From Candidatus Thalassarchaeaceae archaeon (GTDB lineage: Archaea; Thermoplasmatota; Poseidoniia; Poseidoniales; Thalassarchaeaceae), in assembly GCA_034399535.1 (NCBI GenBank), contig DASCSS010000010.1:2096-66095 (forward strand): a stretch of DNA of 64,000 nucleotides. The letters run 5' to 3'. The notes under the pieces are model-generated. The model was given only the letters and a program-made list of their open reading frames with translations. It ran no database searches and was not told the origin of the DNA. Below are positions 10,055-20,900 of the stretch, piece after piece. The position numbers and the translations under genes were made by a program. Positions within the stretch are counted from its first letter, which is position 1. The number at the start of each line of letters is the position of its first letter.

Positions 10055-10768
10055 TTAGAGAAGGTCCGCCAACTCATCCTTAATCTGCTCAACGGCCTCA
10101 AGGATCTCGTCTTTGTGCCTTGCTCCAGTTATTACCATCTTGCCGCTACCAAAAATTAGGCAAACGACACGCGGATAATCTAACCTGTAAATCAGTCCTG
10201 GGAATTGCTCTGGCTCGTACTCCACCTTGTCGAATGGAAGATGGAATGTCAAATTGTTCAGATTGAGCTTCCTTGGGAGGGCTGCCAAAGGCTCTCCCTT
10301 CAATATCCCGCGAATCCTGGGGTCCTCGTTCTCTACTTCCTCGTCTGTAGCCGCTCTGATTGCTCCATTGTCATCAATTACCTTGGTATTGATGTCATCC
10401 ATGCGAGCGACTTCCCCGTATTCCTCTGGATAGTACAAGGAATATGTTGCAACCATGTTCTGGACCTCAATTTCTACATCCTTCAGATCCCATGTCTCAA
10501 TCCCAGCAGCCCTAAGGTCACCAATCATCCTCTCGATGCCAGTGTGGATGTTATCCTCATTCTTCCCTCCTGTGCATACTGCCCTTCCAGACCTGAACAT
10601 CAGGATGGCGAGTTTTGGGTCAACTACCCTGTAAACGACACCCGGAAACTGCTCGGGCTCGTACTCACAATTGAGTTGAATCGCAATATCTGGTAGATCC
10701 AATTCCTCGGCAACTCTAGTTGAGGCCACTACATTGACTACTGTGAGTCTTTCTTCGTCACTTAGCAT
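10055..10768 (-). CDS. tbp: TATA-box-binding protein with a ~53-aa insertion in repeat 2
   Basis: Two direct repeats: NVVAS...YEPEQFPG...LMFRSGRAVCTG and QNMVAT...YEPEQFPG...LIFGSGKMVITG. Confidence 0.96.
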   Translation of the reverse strand: MLSDEERLTVVNVVASTRVAEELDLPDIAIQLNCEYEPEQFPGVVYRVVDPKLAILMFRSGRAVCTGGKNEDNIHTGIERMIGDLRAAGIETWDLKDVEIEVQNMVATYSLYYPEEYGEVARMDDINTKVIDDNGAIRAATDEEVENEDPRIRGILKGEPLAALPRKLNLNNLTFHLPFDKVEYEPEQFPGLIYRLDYPRVVCLIFGSGKMVITGARHKDEILEAVEQIKDELADLL

Positions 10769-10790
10769 AGGTTGACGACCGAAGTCTCTC

Positions 10791-10809
10791 TTATAAATGG
10801 TAATATAAA
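10791..10809 (-). promoter_or_regulatory. Tandem TATA boxes upstream of tbp (TTTATAT at 10803-10809 and TTTATAA at 10791-10797, minus strand)
   Basis: The proximal box lies 23 nt from the tbp ATG, typical spacing for a leaderless archaeal transcript. Confidence 0.6.
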
Positions 10810-10832
10810 GGAGAGTGGATTTTCCGAGGGAG

Positions 10833-11816
10833 TCAGTTTCCTAGAATTCGGACTCCATTGGCACCAAGTTTGCTCGTCAGTGGCCTTCCTCCAGCAACCT
10901 CAATCGCCTGGGAAACCCTTTCTGGATCCAGAGTCAATGCTACCATGCAACCCCCCCCTCCTGCTCCCGTGAGCTTGGTTCCCAGTGAGTGAGGGCGTGC
11001 CGCCTCAACTAAGCGGTCCAGTCTAGGGCTGCTGACCTCCAAGTTTTTTAGGCAGTCATGACATGCATCCATGGCTATCCCCAGACCCTCGAGATTGCCT
11101 GCTGAAAGAGCAGTCAATCCGGCTTTGGTAATATTGGCTATCGTTTCCAAATCGTTCATCCTTTCTGGGTTGCCCGAGACCAATTTGGCAACCTTCGCCA
11201 CCATCTTTCCGGTTGGAGAGCCCTTGCCAGTGAATCCGATGACTAGCCAAGCGTCGCTGACACCCTTGGGCACATCCACCGTATTGATTGACCAATCCCT
11301 CTTTCCCTCGGGAGTAACGAGACTGGTGTCGAAAACATGTCGAGTCCCTTCCACCCTTTGTCCCGAAACTACTACGAAACCGCCAAGAGCGCTAGTAGCG
11401 GTATCTGTTGGACTAGCCCTCCCCTTCTGAGCAGTCGCCTCGGCCGAATGGGCCATTCGTGCCAAATCTATGGGAATAAGTGGGTCTTCTGGTCTTAGGA
11501 AAGAATGCAGTGCGGCCCCAAAGGCATTGGAAAGGGCTGCAGAAGAGCCCATGCCAGCTGCAGAGAAAAGGGAGCTCTCGACATCGATGTTCAGTGGGGG
11601 GCCATCATATTGGAAGACACTCTGAATGATGTGGGAAATATGGGGATGTCGGGAGGGATCGAAGGATGCCCCTTCTAGGATCCAGCTTGGTGACTCCCTG
11701 ATGCTAACTCTGACTCCCTGGTCAATAGCTACTGCGACCGCAGGATGACCAAATACGACTGCATGCTCCCCAAAAAGGATGCACTTTCCCGGGGCGAATG
11801 CACTCGCCATGCCCAT
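10833..11816 (-). CDS. mvk: Mevalonate kinase (GHMP family); likely start at 11816 or 11810
   Basis: APGKCILFGEHAVVFGHPAVAVAI, GMGSSAA, ASPTDTATS, KLTGAGGGGC. Confidence 0.9.
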   Translation of the reverse strand: MGMASAFAPGKCILFGEHAVVFGHPAVAVAIDQGVRVSIRESPSWILEGASFDPSRHPHISHIIQSVFQYDGPPLNIDVESSLFSAAGMGSSAALSNAFGAALHSFLRPEDPLIPIDLARMAHSAEATAQKGRASPTDTATSALGGFVVVSGQRVEGTRHVFDTSLVTPEGKRDWSINTVDVPKGVSDAWLVIGFTGKGSPTGKMVAKVAKLVSGNPERMNDLETIANITKAGLTALSAGNLEGLGIAMDACHDCLKNLEVSSPRLDRLVEAARPHSLGTKLTGAGGGGCMVALTLDPERVSQAIEVAGGRPLTSKLGANGVRILGN

Positions 11817-11891
11817 AGGCTGGGTCAATAGGCCATGAGTGTTGGCATAATTAGGCGGTTGATTCAAGGGCGCTGGGCTGCTCGGACCTTG

Positions 11892-11909
11892 TACCGGGTA
11901 AGCCCGGTA
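11892..11909. repeat. Palindrome TACCGGG-TAAG-CCCGGTA
   Basis: Perfect 7-bp stem directly adjacent to the GGAGG SD of the FadF/EMO-like gene. Confidence 0.55.
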
Positions 11910-11920
11910 GGAGGAAGTCT

Positions 11921-13918
11921 GTGGAACACCCACTTTTGGAATCTTACGGGCCGATGGAAGGGTGGCATATTCTCTTAGTGCTTGGAATGGTGTCAATAGG
12001 ATTCTTCACATATCAAGTTCAGAAGGCTACTCGCCTAGTCTTACTGGGGGCCCCGGATTCGAGATTTGACTCATGGGGCGTACGAATTCGGGAGTTCTTG
12101 GTTGGATGGCTGGGACAAAAGAAGGTTCTGCGGGACCGGGTTGCTGGGACAATGCACGTCCTGATGTTCTGGGGATTCCTAATGCTCGCCTCAGACATGC
12201 TAGATCTAGCTACTGCAAATGCATTCTCAAGAGAACTCTTACCCAGTTTTCTCAATGGCCCTTGGAATGGCATGGTCGAATTGGGATATGTGATGGCCCT
12301 GATTGGGTGCTTGGGTGCTCTAGTACGCCGTGTAGTCTTCACACCTGAGAAATTGAAAGGAAAGTCGCAATTTGAAGGGAATGTAATCCTATTCCTGATT
12401 TTCACCATTACGGCTACCTCCTTCGTTGTTGAGTCCAATGATGACCCCTCTCCTTTCTGGGAGCCAATCGGCCATATGGTATCAGAAATCGGTGTTTCGA
12501 ATGGAACCGTAATTGCTGCATACTGGTCCCACGTGCTCGCAATATCTGTTTTCCTATTCCTTATCCCAATGTCGAAACACATGCATCTGGTAATGGCGGT
12601 ACCAAACGTGTTCTTTCACGATACTGGACCGAAAGGCAGAATGCGGCCTCTGGAAGTTCGAGAGGACGGGGGGGCAGTCCCCTTGGACGAGCTAGATATC
12701 GACTCTTTCGGGGTCAGCACCTATGACCAATACACCTGGAGGCAGTTGATAGACGGATGGTCATGCACGTCATGTGCTAGATGCCAAGACGTCTGCCCTG
12801 CCTATGCATCGGGAAAGGGACTAAACCCTATGCAAGTGATTCATGATATTCGAAACTACGCAAATGAGCATGCGCCGATTTTGTTGTCCGGAAAGCAACC
12901 AGAAGAGACGGTGATCCAACGAATTACTGATGAAGCCGTATGGGCCTGTACAACATGCAACGCGTGCGTTGACGTGTGCCCCTTGTACATAGAGCACGTT
13001 CCTAAGCTCACAGATCTGCGTAGGAATGCAATGATGGAGACAATGGAGTACCCGGAGATTCTCAACACGGCGATGGGGAACATCGAGTCGGCATCCAATC
13101 CATATGGCTTCGGGGCCCACGAGAGAGCTGCCTGGGCTGCTGATTTGGATGTGAAAGTGGGGGAGCCTGCAGAGTACATCTACTTCGTTGGCTGTGCTGC
13201 AAGCTTTGATGAGAGGAACCAAAAGGTGGCAAGATCAACCATTTCATTGCTCAAGGAAGCAGGGCTAGACGTCGGAATACTAGGCATGCAGGAGGGATGC
13301 TCGGGTGACCCAGCAAGAAGAGCCGGGAACGAATACCTGTTCCAGATGCTTGCTGAGACAAATATGATGACATTCCAAGAACTGGGAGTCAAGAGGATTG
13401 TGGCGTCATGCCCTCATTGCTTCCACACGCTTGGCAAGGAATACGCAGATTATGGGGGAGAAGAATTAGAGGTCTTCCACCATTCAGAGATATTGGCACG
13501 TCTCCAGGAAGAAGGGAGCTTGCCCCAAATAGAAGAGAGGTCACGAAATTTAACATTCCATGATCCTTGCTACTTAGGGAGGATTGGGGGGATAATCGAT
13601 GAACCAAGAAATGTCATCGGAGGAGTGGATGTCGAGACTGAGAAGCATGGACAGGATTCGTTTTGCTGTGGTGCGGGTGGAGCACAGATGTGGATGGAAG
13701 AGGATTCGGACAAGCGCGTAAATGTGATCAGGGCCAAGGAGTTATCTGAGACGGGATGCGATACGGTCGCGGTCGGATGCCCCTTCTGCTCGGTTATGGT
13801 AAAGGATGGATTAGACGCCGTTGGTTCAGAAATGGAAGTGATGGACGTGGCAGAGATACTCTGGGAACAAATCATAGCTAGAGACGAAGAAATTCACAAG
13901 CATGCCGCCCAATCGTGA
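11921..13918 (+). CDS. FadF/EMO-like membrane Fe-S oxidoreductase (heme-b TM domain + 2x[4Fe-4S] + two CCG domains)
   Basis: TM His motifs MHVLMFWGF and SKHMH; CTSCARCQDVCP and CTTCNACVDVCP; GCSGDPARRAG, CPHC, FHDPCYLGR, FCCGAGG, CPFC; GGAGG SD upstream. Confidence 0.85.
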   Translation: MEHPLLESYGPMEGWHILLVLGMVSIGFFTYQVQKATRLVLLGAPDSRFDSWGVRIREFLVGWLGQKKVLRDRVAGTMHVLMFWGFLMLASDMLDLATANAFSRELLPSFLNGPWNGMVELGYVMALIGCLGALVRRVVFTPEKLKGKSQFEGNVILFLIFTITATSFVVESNDDPSPFWEPIGHMVSEIGVSNGTVIAAYWSHVLAISVFLFLIPMSKHMHLVMAVPNVFFHDTGPKGRMRPLEVREDGGAVPLDELDIDSFGVSTYDQYTWRQLIDGWSCTSCARCQDVCPAYASGKGLNPMQVIHDIRNYANEHAPILLSGKQPEETVIQRITDEAVWACTTCNACVDVCPLYIEHVPKLTDLRRNAMMETMEYPEILNTAMGNIESASNPYGFGAHERAAWAADLDVKVGEPAEYIYFVGCAASFDERNQKVARSTISLLKEAGLDVGILGMQEGCSGDPARRAGNEYLFQMLAETNMMTFQELGVKRIVASCPHCFHTLGKEYADYGGEELEVFHHSEILARLQEEGSLPQIEERSRNLTFHDPCYLGRIGGIIDEPRNVIGGVDVETEKHGQDSFCCGAGGAQMWMEEDSDKRVNVIRAKELSETGCDTVAVGCPFCSVMVKDGLDAVGSEMEVMDVAEILWEQIIARDEEIHKHAAQS

Positions 13919-13949
13919 GCATCAAATGTGAGAGCCCTCTGGTGACATC

Positions 13950-14339
13950 ATGGACGACGAATTCACATATCTCAATTTGAATGTTCCAACTTTCACCAAA
14001 GTAACTGCTGCTGCTCTTGCGCTAATGGGTGCTGTGACGTACTTCGCGACCGGACAGGAGAGCGTGACAGCCCTAATTCCTACATTTGTTGCAATTCCAT
14101 TGTTCTTGATGGCTGTAGCGGCAGAGCAGTACCCAGAAAAGAGGGCTTTGGTAATGCATGTCGCTGTATTGCTGGGGTTATTCTGCATCTCTGGGGGTGC
14201 CATGGGGGTATCTGGACTAGCAAAAGGTGACGTCAGTGCTTCGGTAATCGAACAGCTTTCGATGATGATCGTGGGAATTTTTTACACCTACGTTTGTGTT
14301 TTATCATTTATCCATGCTAGGAATAACAGGGAAGATTGA
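13950..14339 (+). CDS. Hypothetical 4-TM membrane protein
   Basis: GGTGA SD; SVTALIP and MHVAVLLGL helices. Confidence 0.7.
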   Translation: MDDEFTYLNLNVPTFTKVTAAALALMGAVTYFATGQESVTALIPTFVAIPLFLMAVAAEQYPEKRALVMHVAVLLGLFCISGGAMGVSGLAKGDVSASVIEQLSMMIVGIFYTYVCVLSFIHARNNRED

Positions 14340-14340
14340 C

Positions 14341-15036
14341 ATGTCGGATAGCCCCATTATTGGCATTACATGCTTCATCAGAGACGCAGTATATGGGAAC
14401 TGGCACAGAAATGCCGCCATTCTTCCTTCGGCGTACATCTCGGTAATCAATCGAGCGGGGGGAATTCCTCTGATTATCCCCCCCGCTGGAAATATGAATG
14501 ACACATTGGATTGTATCGATGGGTTAGTTGTATCTGGGGGTCCGGACATTTGTCCGACGAACTACAGTCAGGAAGCTGGGCCGATGAATGGAGAAGTATA
14601 TCCTGAACAGGACAAAACCGAGATGGCTCTAATCGGGGGTGCCTTGGAACGAGGAATCCCCTTCCTCGGAGTCTGCAGGGGAATGCAGATCCTCAGTGTC
14701 CTACATGGAGGGTCACTTCACCAGCATCTAGATACTACTCCCGGTCACGAGGGACATGGGGGATTCGATGGTGTCGAGACCGAGCATGGAGTTGATGTTG
14801 CAGAGGAATCTCTGCTGGCGAAATTGATGGGGACCACTTTTTCTGTGAACTCTACACATCATCAGGGCGTAGCTGACCCGGGTAGCCTTTCTGTTTCTGC
14901 TACAGCCAAACACGACGGCTTAATCGAGGCCGTAGAGAGGCCAGATCTAGGATTCTGCCTTGGCGTCCAATGGCACCCAGAACGAGCCGGACACGACCTA
15001 CTGTACTCTGGGCTTGTACAGGCAGCGAGAGATTGA
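14341..15036 (+). CDS. Gamma-glutamyl-gamma-aminobutyrate hydrolase family protein (peptidase C26, class I GATase)
   Basis: SGGPDI, LGVCRGMQIL, VNSTHHQGV, GVQWHPE triad. Confidence 0.9.
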   Translation: MSDSPIIGITCFIRDAVYGNWHRNAAILPSAYISVINRAGGIPLIIPPAGNMNDTLDCIDGLVVSGGPDICPTNYSQEAGPMNGEVYPEQDKTEMALIGGALERGIPFLGVCRGMQILSVLHGGSLHQHLDTTPGHEGHGGFDGVETEHGVDVAEESLLAKLMGTTFSVNSTHHQGVADPGSLSVSATAKHDGLIEAVERPDLGFCLGVQWHPERAGHDLLYSGLVQAARD

Positions 15037-15061
15037 TGACGGGTGAGCCTACCAGAAGCAT

Positions 15062-16447
15062 GTGCCTCTCGAGGTCTACGATACGAAATCTCGCTCGAAG
15101 CGTGAGTTCAAAACACTAGATGACGGCAAAGTTCGGATGTACGTTTGTGGGATTACCCCCTATTCCCCAAGTCACCTGGGCCATGCAAGGTGCTACGTCG
15201 CCTTCGATGTGGTCCATAGATGGCTGGAATCAGAGGGTTTTGAAGTCGATTATGTGCAAAACTTCACCGACATAGATGACAAGATTCTAGATATCTCCAC
15301 TTCAGAGGGAGTCGATTTCAGAGAAGTAGCAAATCGGAACATAGAGGAGTACTACGAAGTTATGGACAAGATGAACGTACTCAGGGCGGACCACTATCCC
15401 CGAGTAACGGAGACCATTCCCGAAATAATTGAGATGATTGGAATCCTGATTGGCAAGGGGCATGCATACCTAGCAGATGACGGAGTCTACTTCGAGATAG
15501 ACACGGCACCAGAGAAGTTTGGACTACTTACGGGACAGACACTTGAGATGGTTAGGTCGGGGGCCGGCGGAAGGGTTGAGAAAACTGGTTCCGGAAAGAA
15601 GGATCACAGGGACTTCGCTCTCTGGAAGCTGGCAAAACCGGACGAACCGTCATGGGAAAGCCCCTGGGGAGAAGGTAGGCCGGGCTGGCACATCGAATGC
15701 TCTGCGATGTCTATCAAGCACTTCGGGGCGAAATTTGACATCCACGGAGGAGGGCATGACCTCAGGTTCCCCCATCATGAGGCGGAAATCTTCCAATCCG
15801 AGTGTTCCACGGGTTCTGAGCCAGTTGTTGGGTTCTGGATGCATAATGGATTCGTCAATGTAGATGGCGAGAAGATGAGCAAGAGTCTTGGAAACTTCTG
15901 GACGCTGAGCGAGGCGTTTGAGCACCACCCTCCGCTAGCATTGAGGTATGCTCTTCTCAGCGTGCCATATCGGAACCCTATCGATCTTACGCCAGAGTTC
16001 CTCGATGAGGCGTCGTCGCACTATGGCAGATTGTTAACGGCATATTCCAAATCTCTTATTTCTGGAAAGTCCGGAATTGATCTAGAATCCGCCAGTAAGC
16101 GATTCACTGAGGCCATGGATGACGACTTCAACACTAGATCGGCAATTATAGAGGTCCAGGGAGTGGTAACGGCAGAGCCATCCGAAGAAGTGGCCTCCTG
16201 GCTGGAGGAAAATGCTGGAAGAGTTCTGGGTCTCCTTCCAACTCGAGAAGAGGTGGCCGCTGCTCGTGAGGAGGCAGGATCAGCTAGAGAGAAAGTTGCT
16301 GATGTCGTCGATTCTCTTTTGGCCGAAAGGGATGCGGCGAGAGGGGGAAAGGACTGGTCAAGGGCCGATGAAATAAGAGAAGAGTTGTCCTCAATGGGCG
16401 TAACTGTCGAAGATGGTCCTGAGGGTCCGACTTGGAGATTGGATTAA
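15062..16447 (+). CDS. cysS: Cysteine--tRNA ligase
   Basis: [40 protein letters not shown]. Confidence 0.97.
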   Translation: MPLEVYDTKSRSKREFKTLDDGKVRMYVCGITPYSPSHLGHARCYVAFDVVHRWLESEGFEVDYVQNFTDIDDKILDISTSEGVDFREVANRNIEEYYEVMDKMNVLRADHYPRVTETIPEIIEMIGILIGKGHAYLADDGVYFEIDTAPEKFGLLTGQTLEMVRSGAGGRVEKTGSGKKDHRDFALWKLAKPDEPSWESPWGEGRPGWHIECSAMSIKHFGAKFDIHGGGHDLRFPHHEAEIFQSECSTGSEPVVGFWMHNGFVNVDGEKMSKSLGNFWTLSEAFEHHPPLALRYALLSVPYRNPIDLTPEFLDEASSHYGRLLTAYSKSLISGKSGIDLESASKRFTEAMDDDFNTRSAIIEVQGVVTAEPSEEVASWLEENAGRVLGLLPTREEVAAAREEAGSAREKVADVVDSLLAERDAARGGKDWSRADEIREELSSMGVTVEDGPEGPTWRLD

Positions 16448-16493
16448 CACTGTTCGATGAAAGTGCGATATAGCCCCATATCTACGGGAGTTC

Positions 16494-17951
16494 GTGCAGC
16501 CCGTTGGAGCAAGGCGGACATTGGCGGCAATTTCCATTTCCCTGATAATGGTAATGTCAGGGTGTGTAGAAAAAAGTCAATCGACAGAAGAAGGTCCAGA
16601 TTGGGACTTGGAATACTATCTTATTGACCCACCTAGCAGCTACGAGGATGCACGGAACTTCACTGTTACTCACCCATCGGAAAACGTGACTTGGGGGAAC
16701 TCTTCGTGGTCTGTTTATGGAAATGAGCATGGGGGGAACTGCTGTGAGCATTACCTAGCGGCTACGAAAGAGGGCTGGATTCTAAATTTTGGAGGAGAAT
16801 ACCCGACTTGGTCCGAAGACAGGGGTCACTCATGGGAGGAGTATAGACCAACGATTTTCTCTCAGTTTGGTTGCATGGAACCTAAACCCACGGTTCCAGG
16901 TCAGGAAGGCTTGGGGGAGGGTAGCATAGTCCAAGCAACCAACGGGGACCTGATTTCAATGGGCTGGTTCCCTTACCCCAGCACAAGCGGGGCGGATCAG
17001 TTCTACGCTTTCTTCTACGATTCGGCGGATGAAGAGTGGAGCTGGTGCTTCAATCGCACGCCCGAGCCGTTCTATGATAGGTCCTGGCAAGTAGAGATAG
17101 TTGGCCCCATCAATGGAGGATTGTATGGCAATGGACCATGGGGGAGTCTAGTGATTTCTAACTTCTGGCACCAAGTCCAAAACATAGGAGGTCAGTTGTC
17201 AACTGATGGGCTGAACTATGACTACTTCGACTTCCCGGACAGAGACGATAGCCTAGACGTGATGGAAGTTGACCTCGATCCAGAGAGCCTTGGTCGTGAG
17301 TGGGACTACACCAAACCCCACAAAGAGATGAGGGCCTTTCCCGTACCATCTGGGGGACTGTACTTCCCAAATTACTTCATTGACGGCAGTGACGCATACC
17401 TCGATACTTCGTTAAATTGGTGGACTGGTGTGACCATGAATGGATCTTCTCTACCCTCGCAGTATTGCGCATTCGACTCTTCAACTGCACTTCACTGCGT
17501 ATTGGCCTCGGGTACCGAACTTTGGCATATGCTTTCATGGGACGGAGGTGAGACCTGGCAGAACCAGACCTACAACCTATCAGATAGGGCCTCGGAAATA
17601 GAAGAGTGGGAATTCCACGCAAACGGCGAGCACGACCTGTTTGTTCTGAACGTTAGATTTCAAAGTGCGGATGGTCCCGATGTTGACATCGCTTGGCACG
17701 TGAGGGACTTCTCAAACAGCCTCGAGCCGGATACTTTGACATATCTCGGACTGGGGGATTTGGACTCGACTTCGGGGGCAGGGAATGACATAAGATTCGA
17801 CTTCGCCAGTATGGGAATTCTTCCGGACGGGGGGTCCTTCATCGCCTACCACGACTCATCAGATGAAGACCCGCTATTTGGGGTTGAGTTGTTGATTCCT
17901 AATTCTTACATGCCAATAGCAAACCAGTACATGGTTGGCCATGACCACTGA
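16494..17951 (+). CDS. Putative lipoprotein with beta-propeller/BNR (Asp-box)-like repeats
   Basis: Lipobox VMSGC; Asp-box-like SEDRGHSW and SWDGGETW; acidic and aromatic-rich. Confidence 0.7.
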   Translation: MQPVGARRTLAAISISLIMVMSGCVEKSQSTEEGPDWDLEYYLIDPPSSYEDARNFTVTHPSENVTWGNSSWSVYGNEHGGNCCEHYLAATKEGWILNFGGEYPTWSEDRGHSWEEYRPTIFSQFGCMEPKPTVPGQEGLGEGSIVQATNGDLISMGWFPYPSTSGADQFYAFFYDSADEEWSWCFNRTPEPFYDRSWQVEIVGPINGGLYGNGPWGSLVISNFWHQVQNIGGQLSTDGLNYDYFDFPDRDDSLDVMEVDLDPESLGREWDYTKPHKEMRAFPVPSGGLYFPNYFIDGSDAYLDTSLNWWTGVTMNGSSLPSQYCAFDSSTALHCVLASGTELWHMLSWDGGETWQNQTYNLSDRASEIEEWEFHANGEHDLFVLNVRFQSADGPDVDIAWHVRDFSNSLEPDTLTYLGLGDLDSTSGAGNDIRFDFASMGILPDGGSFIAYHDSSDEDPLFGVELLIPNSYMPIANQYMVGHDH

Positions 17952-20900
17952 TCAGTTGGCTATCGAGAAGAAGACTGTTGTGCCATCAACCTCGAAAGAT
18001 TCAGCTCCAGATGGTCGTTTTCCTGAATTTAGGGAGGCCGTCCCGGTCCTTGTCTCTCTCTGAACGTGATTCCAGTCTTCTTCGGCTAATTTCAGGCCCT
18101 CGACCCAAACGGAAAGTTCGATTGTCGACTCAACATCCAAATCCAGTTCTTTGCGCTTGGCCTGGATCCTCCGAGTTATGTCCCTAGCTAGTCCCTTGGA
18201 AAGTAGGTCGGCGTCGAGATCCATGTCTAAGACAATGGAAACATCTCCCTCATCGAAAGATAGCGTCTGAGCGGCAAATCCTTGTTTCTCGACCCTGCGA
18301 ATCTCGATGTCGTCCTTTGTAATCTCATAACCTCCCAATGCAGCGATACCGGCTTCAATCTCTAGGAGGAGGGCTTCGGGATCGGCTAAGTCGAGTTGTG
18401 CTAGCACAGAGGGCAGGTCAGAACGGCACTTTGAACCGAGAGACTTCCTGTTCGGTTCTAGGACAATTCGCTGGAAGGCATCCAAGTCATCCCCAGTATC
18501 CAGCGACTCTACATTGAGTTCCTCTGCAAGTGTTTCGTGGAAATCGGCAAGATTGGGGCCGCCAACTATCCATCCAGTCCTGCATGGTAGTCTCTGACGA
18601 CGATTGGAATCGACACGGATGCGCCTTCCTGCTTCAGCAAGAGATCTGACCAACGCCATCTGTTGCTCGACCAATTTGTCCCTGGATGGCAATGTTCTGG
18701 GCACCAGGGATGAGCCTACTGGCCAGTCTGCGAGGTGGGCGGATGTTCCTGTCAGACCTCTGTGTATCTCATCGGGCATGAAGGGCGAAACTGGTGCCAT
18801 TAGTCTGCAAACAACTAGCAATACCTCGTGAAGTGTGTGCTGACATGCTCGTTTGTCGTTGCTATCGGCCTCATCCCAAAGACGTCTTCGTGAACGTCGG
18901 ACGTACCAGTTCGAGACGTCGTTGACGACGAAGTCCTCCAGGATTCTTCCCGCCTTATGAAAATCCCAGGAATCGAAGTTGGCACTATATTCATCGGCCA
19001 TCGCGGTCATTCTGGAGAGGACCCATCTATCCAGGGGACTTCTGTCGGATACGGCTACGAAGCCAGGTTCGTGTTCGGGATCGAATCCGTCGAGTGATGC
19101 ATAATCGGAATGAAATCGGTATACGTTCCAGAGTGTCAAGAACATCTTGGCATAGGACTCCCGGACGCCATTGGGGTCAAAGTTGGTTGGAGACCAAGGG
19201 GCACTTTGGGTGGTCATGTACCATCGAATTGAATCAGCTCCCTCCTTGTTGAAATGATCCCATGGATTGACTACATTGCCCCTAGACTTGCTCATCTTCT
19301 TGCCATCCTTATCCAGGATGTGCCCCAGGGATAGGCATCTTCGGAAGCATGGCTCGCCGAAAACCGTAGTTGCAACCGCAAGGAGGGAATAGAACCATCC
19401 TCTGGTCTGATCCACTGCCTCACAGATGTAGTCTACTGGGAATGAGCCGTCAAATTTGTCTTCGTTCTCGAAGGGATAGTGCCATTGTGCAAAGGATGCG
19501 CATCCGGAGTCAAACCAACAGTCCATGACATAAGGCTCCCTAATCATCTCTCCTGAGCATTCATCAGAAGGGCAATTGAGGCGAACCTCGTCGACGTATG
19601 GCCTATGCAATTCAGGAGGCATGGGGGATGATTCAGTCTTCATGGAGGACATCTCTCCTATACTGCCGACACAGTGCACTGTATCGCATTCAGAGCAAAT
19701 CCACACGGGAATTGGAGTCCCCCAGTATCGCTCTCTGCTAATTGCCCAGTCCTTGATATTTGACAGCCACTCCCCCATTCTCTTTGTCCCAGTCCACTCA
19801 GGAGCCCATTCAACACTGGCATTGTGAGTCAGAATCTCGTCCCGAACTGCAGTCATTCGAACGAACCAACTATCCATAGCGTAGTAGAGCAGAGGGTGAT
19901 CGGTTCGCCAACAGTGGGGGTAATCGTGAGTATATGTGTGCTCACGATACAGAAGACCTAATCCCTCCAGCAAATTGATTATGTCATCGTCGCAATCCTT
20001 GACATAACGCCCGTCAAGGAGGTCATGAACCCCTTCGACAAAAGCCCCATCCATTCCTACTGTATGTTGGGCGGGAAGGCCAACTTGCATTCCGAGTCTG
20101 TAGTCATCCTCGCCGTACATCACAGCAGTGTGAACGACCCCTGTGCCATCCGTAGTAGTGACGAAGTCAGCGGCTACTACGGTCCAAGCTGACACGGACT
20201 CCCCTCGCTCAATGGCTCCCGGGAACAGAGGAGAATACGCTTTGCCCACGAGTTTAGATCCGAGGAATTCATCCACAATCTCTGCTTGATTACGGAGAAC
20301 ATTGCCAATCAAATCCTTGGCGAGAATCAGTTCCTCTCCAATCTCTGCTCCTCCACGGCCTTCCCAGGAATTGGAGGGTGATTCTGTGATTCTGACGCGG
20401 CAGTAAGTCACATCTGGGCCTACGGCCAAGCCGACGTTCCCTGGGAGTGTCCAAGGTGTGGTTGTCCATGCAAGGATTGAGGCGTCATCATCCTCTAGCC
20501 TGAACTTTACGAATACAGCGGGCTCGGCCACCTCCTTGTACCCCAAAGAGACTTCATGGGTCGAGTAGCTCGTTCCGGTTTGGGGGCAATAGGGGAGTAC
20601 CTTGTGACCCTTGAAAAGAAGCCCTTTGTCGAACATCTGTTTCAGTGACCACCATGCCGATTCGATGTATTCATCATGCAGTGTAACGTACGGATCGTCC
20701 ATGTCGACCCAAAATGCCATCCTCTCTGTCATCTCCCTCCAAGCCTCTTCGTAGGTCCAGACGCTTTCCTTGCACTTCTGGTTGAATGCTTCCATTCCGT
20801 ACTCCTCAATCGCTTCGTTGGACATCAGATCGAGTCGTTTCTGCACTTCAATCTCCACTGGCAAACCATGAGTGTCCCAACCGCCCTTTCGCTCTACTAC

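Noticed and set aside
10277..10435. TBP insertion interpreted as an intein
   Set aside because: Too short, and lacks the N-terminal Cys/Ser and C-terminal His-Asn followed by Cys/Ser/Thr
11817..11996. N-terminal extension of mvk overlapping the divergent Fe-S gene
   Set aside because: Artefact of longest-ORF calling; GHMP homology starts at MASAFAPGK
20417..20427. GGCC-TAC-GGCC inside ileS
   Set aside because: Only a 4-bp stem, explained by the GLAVGP codons
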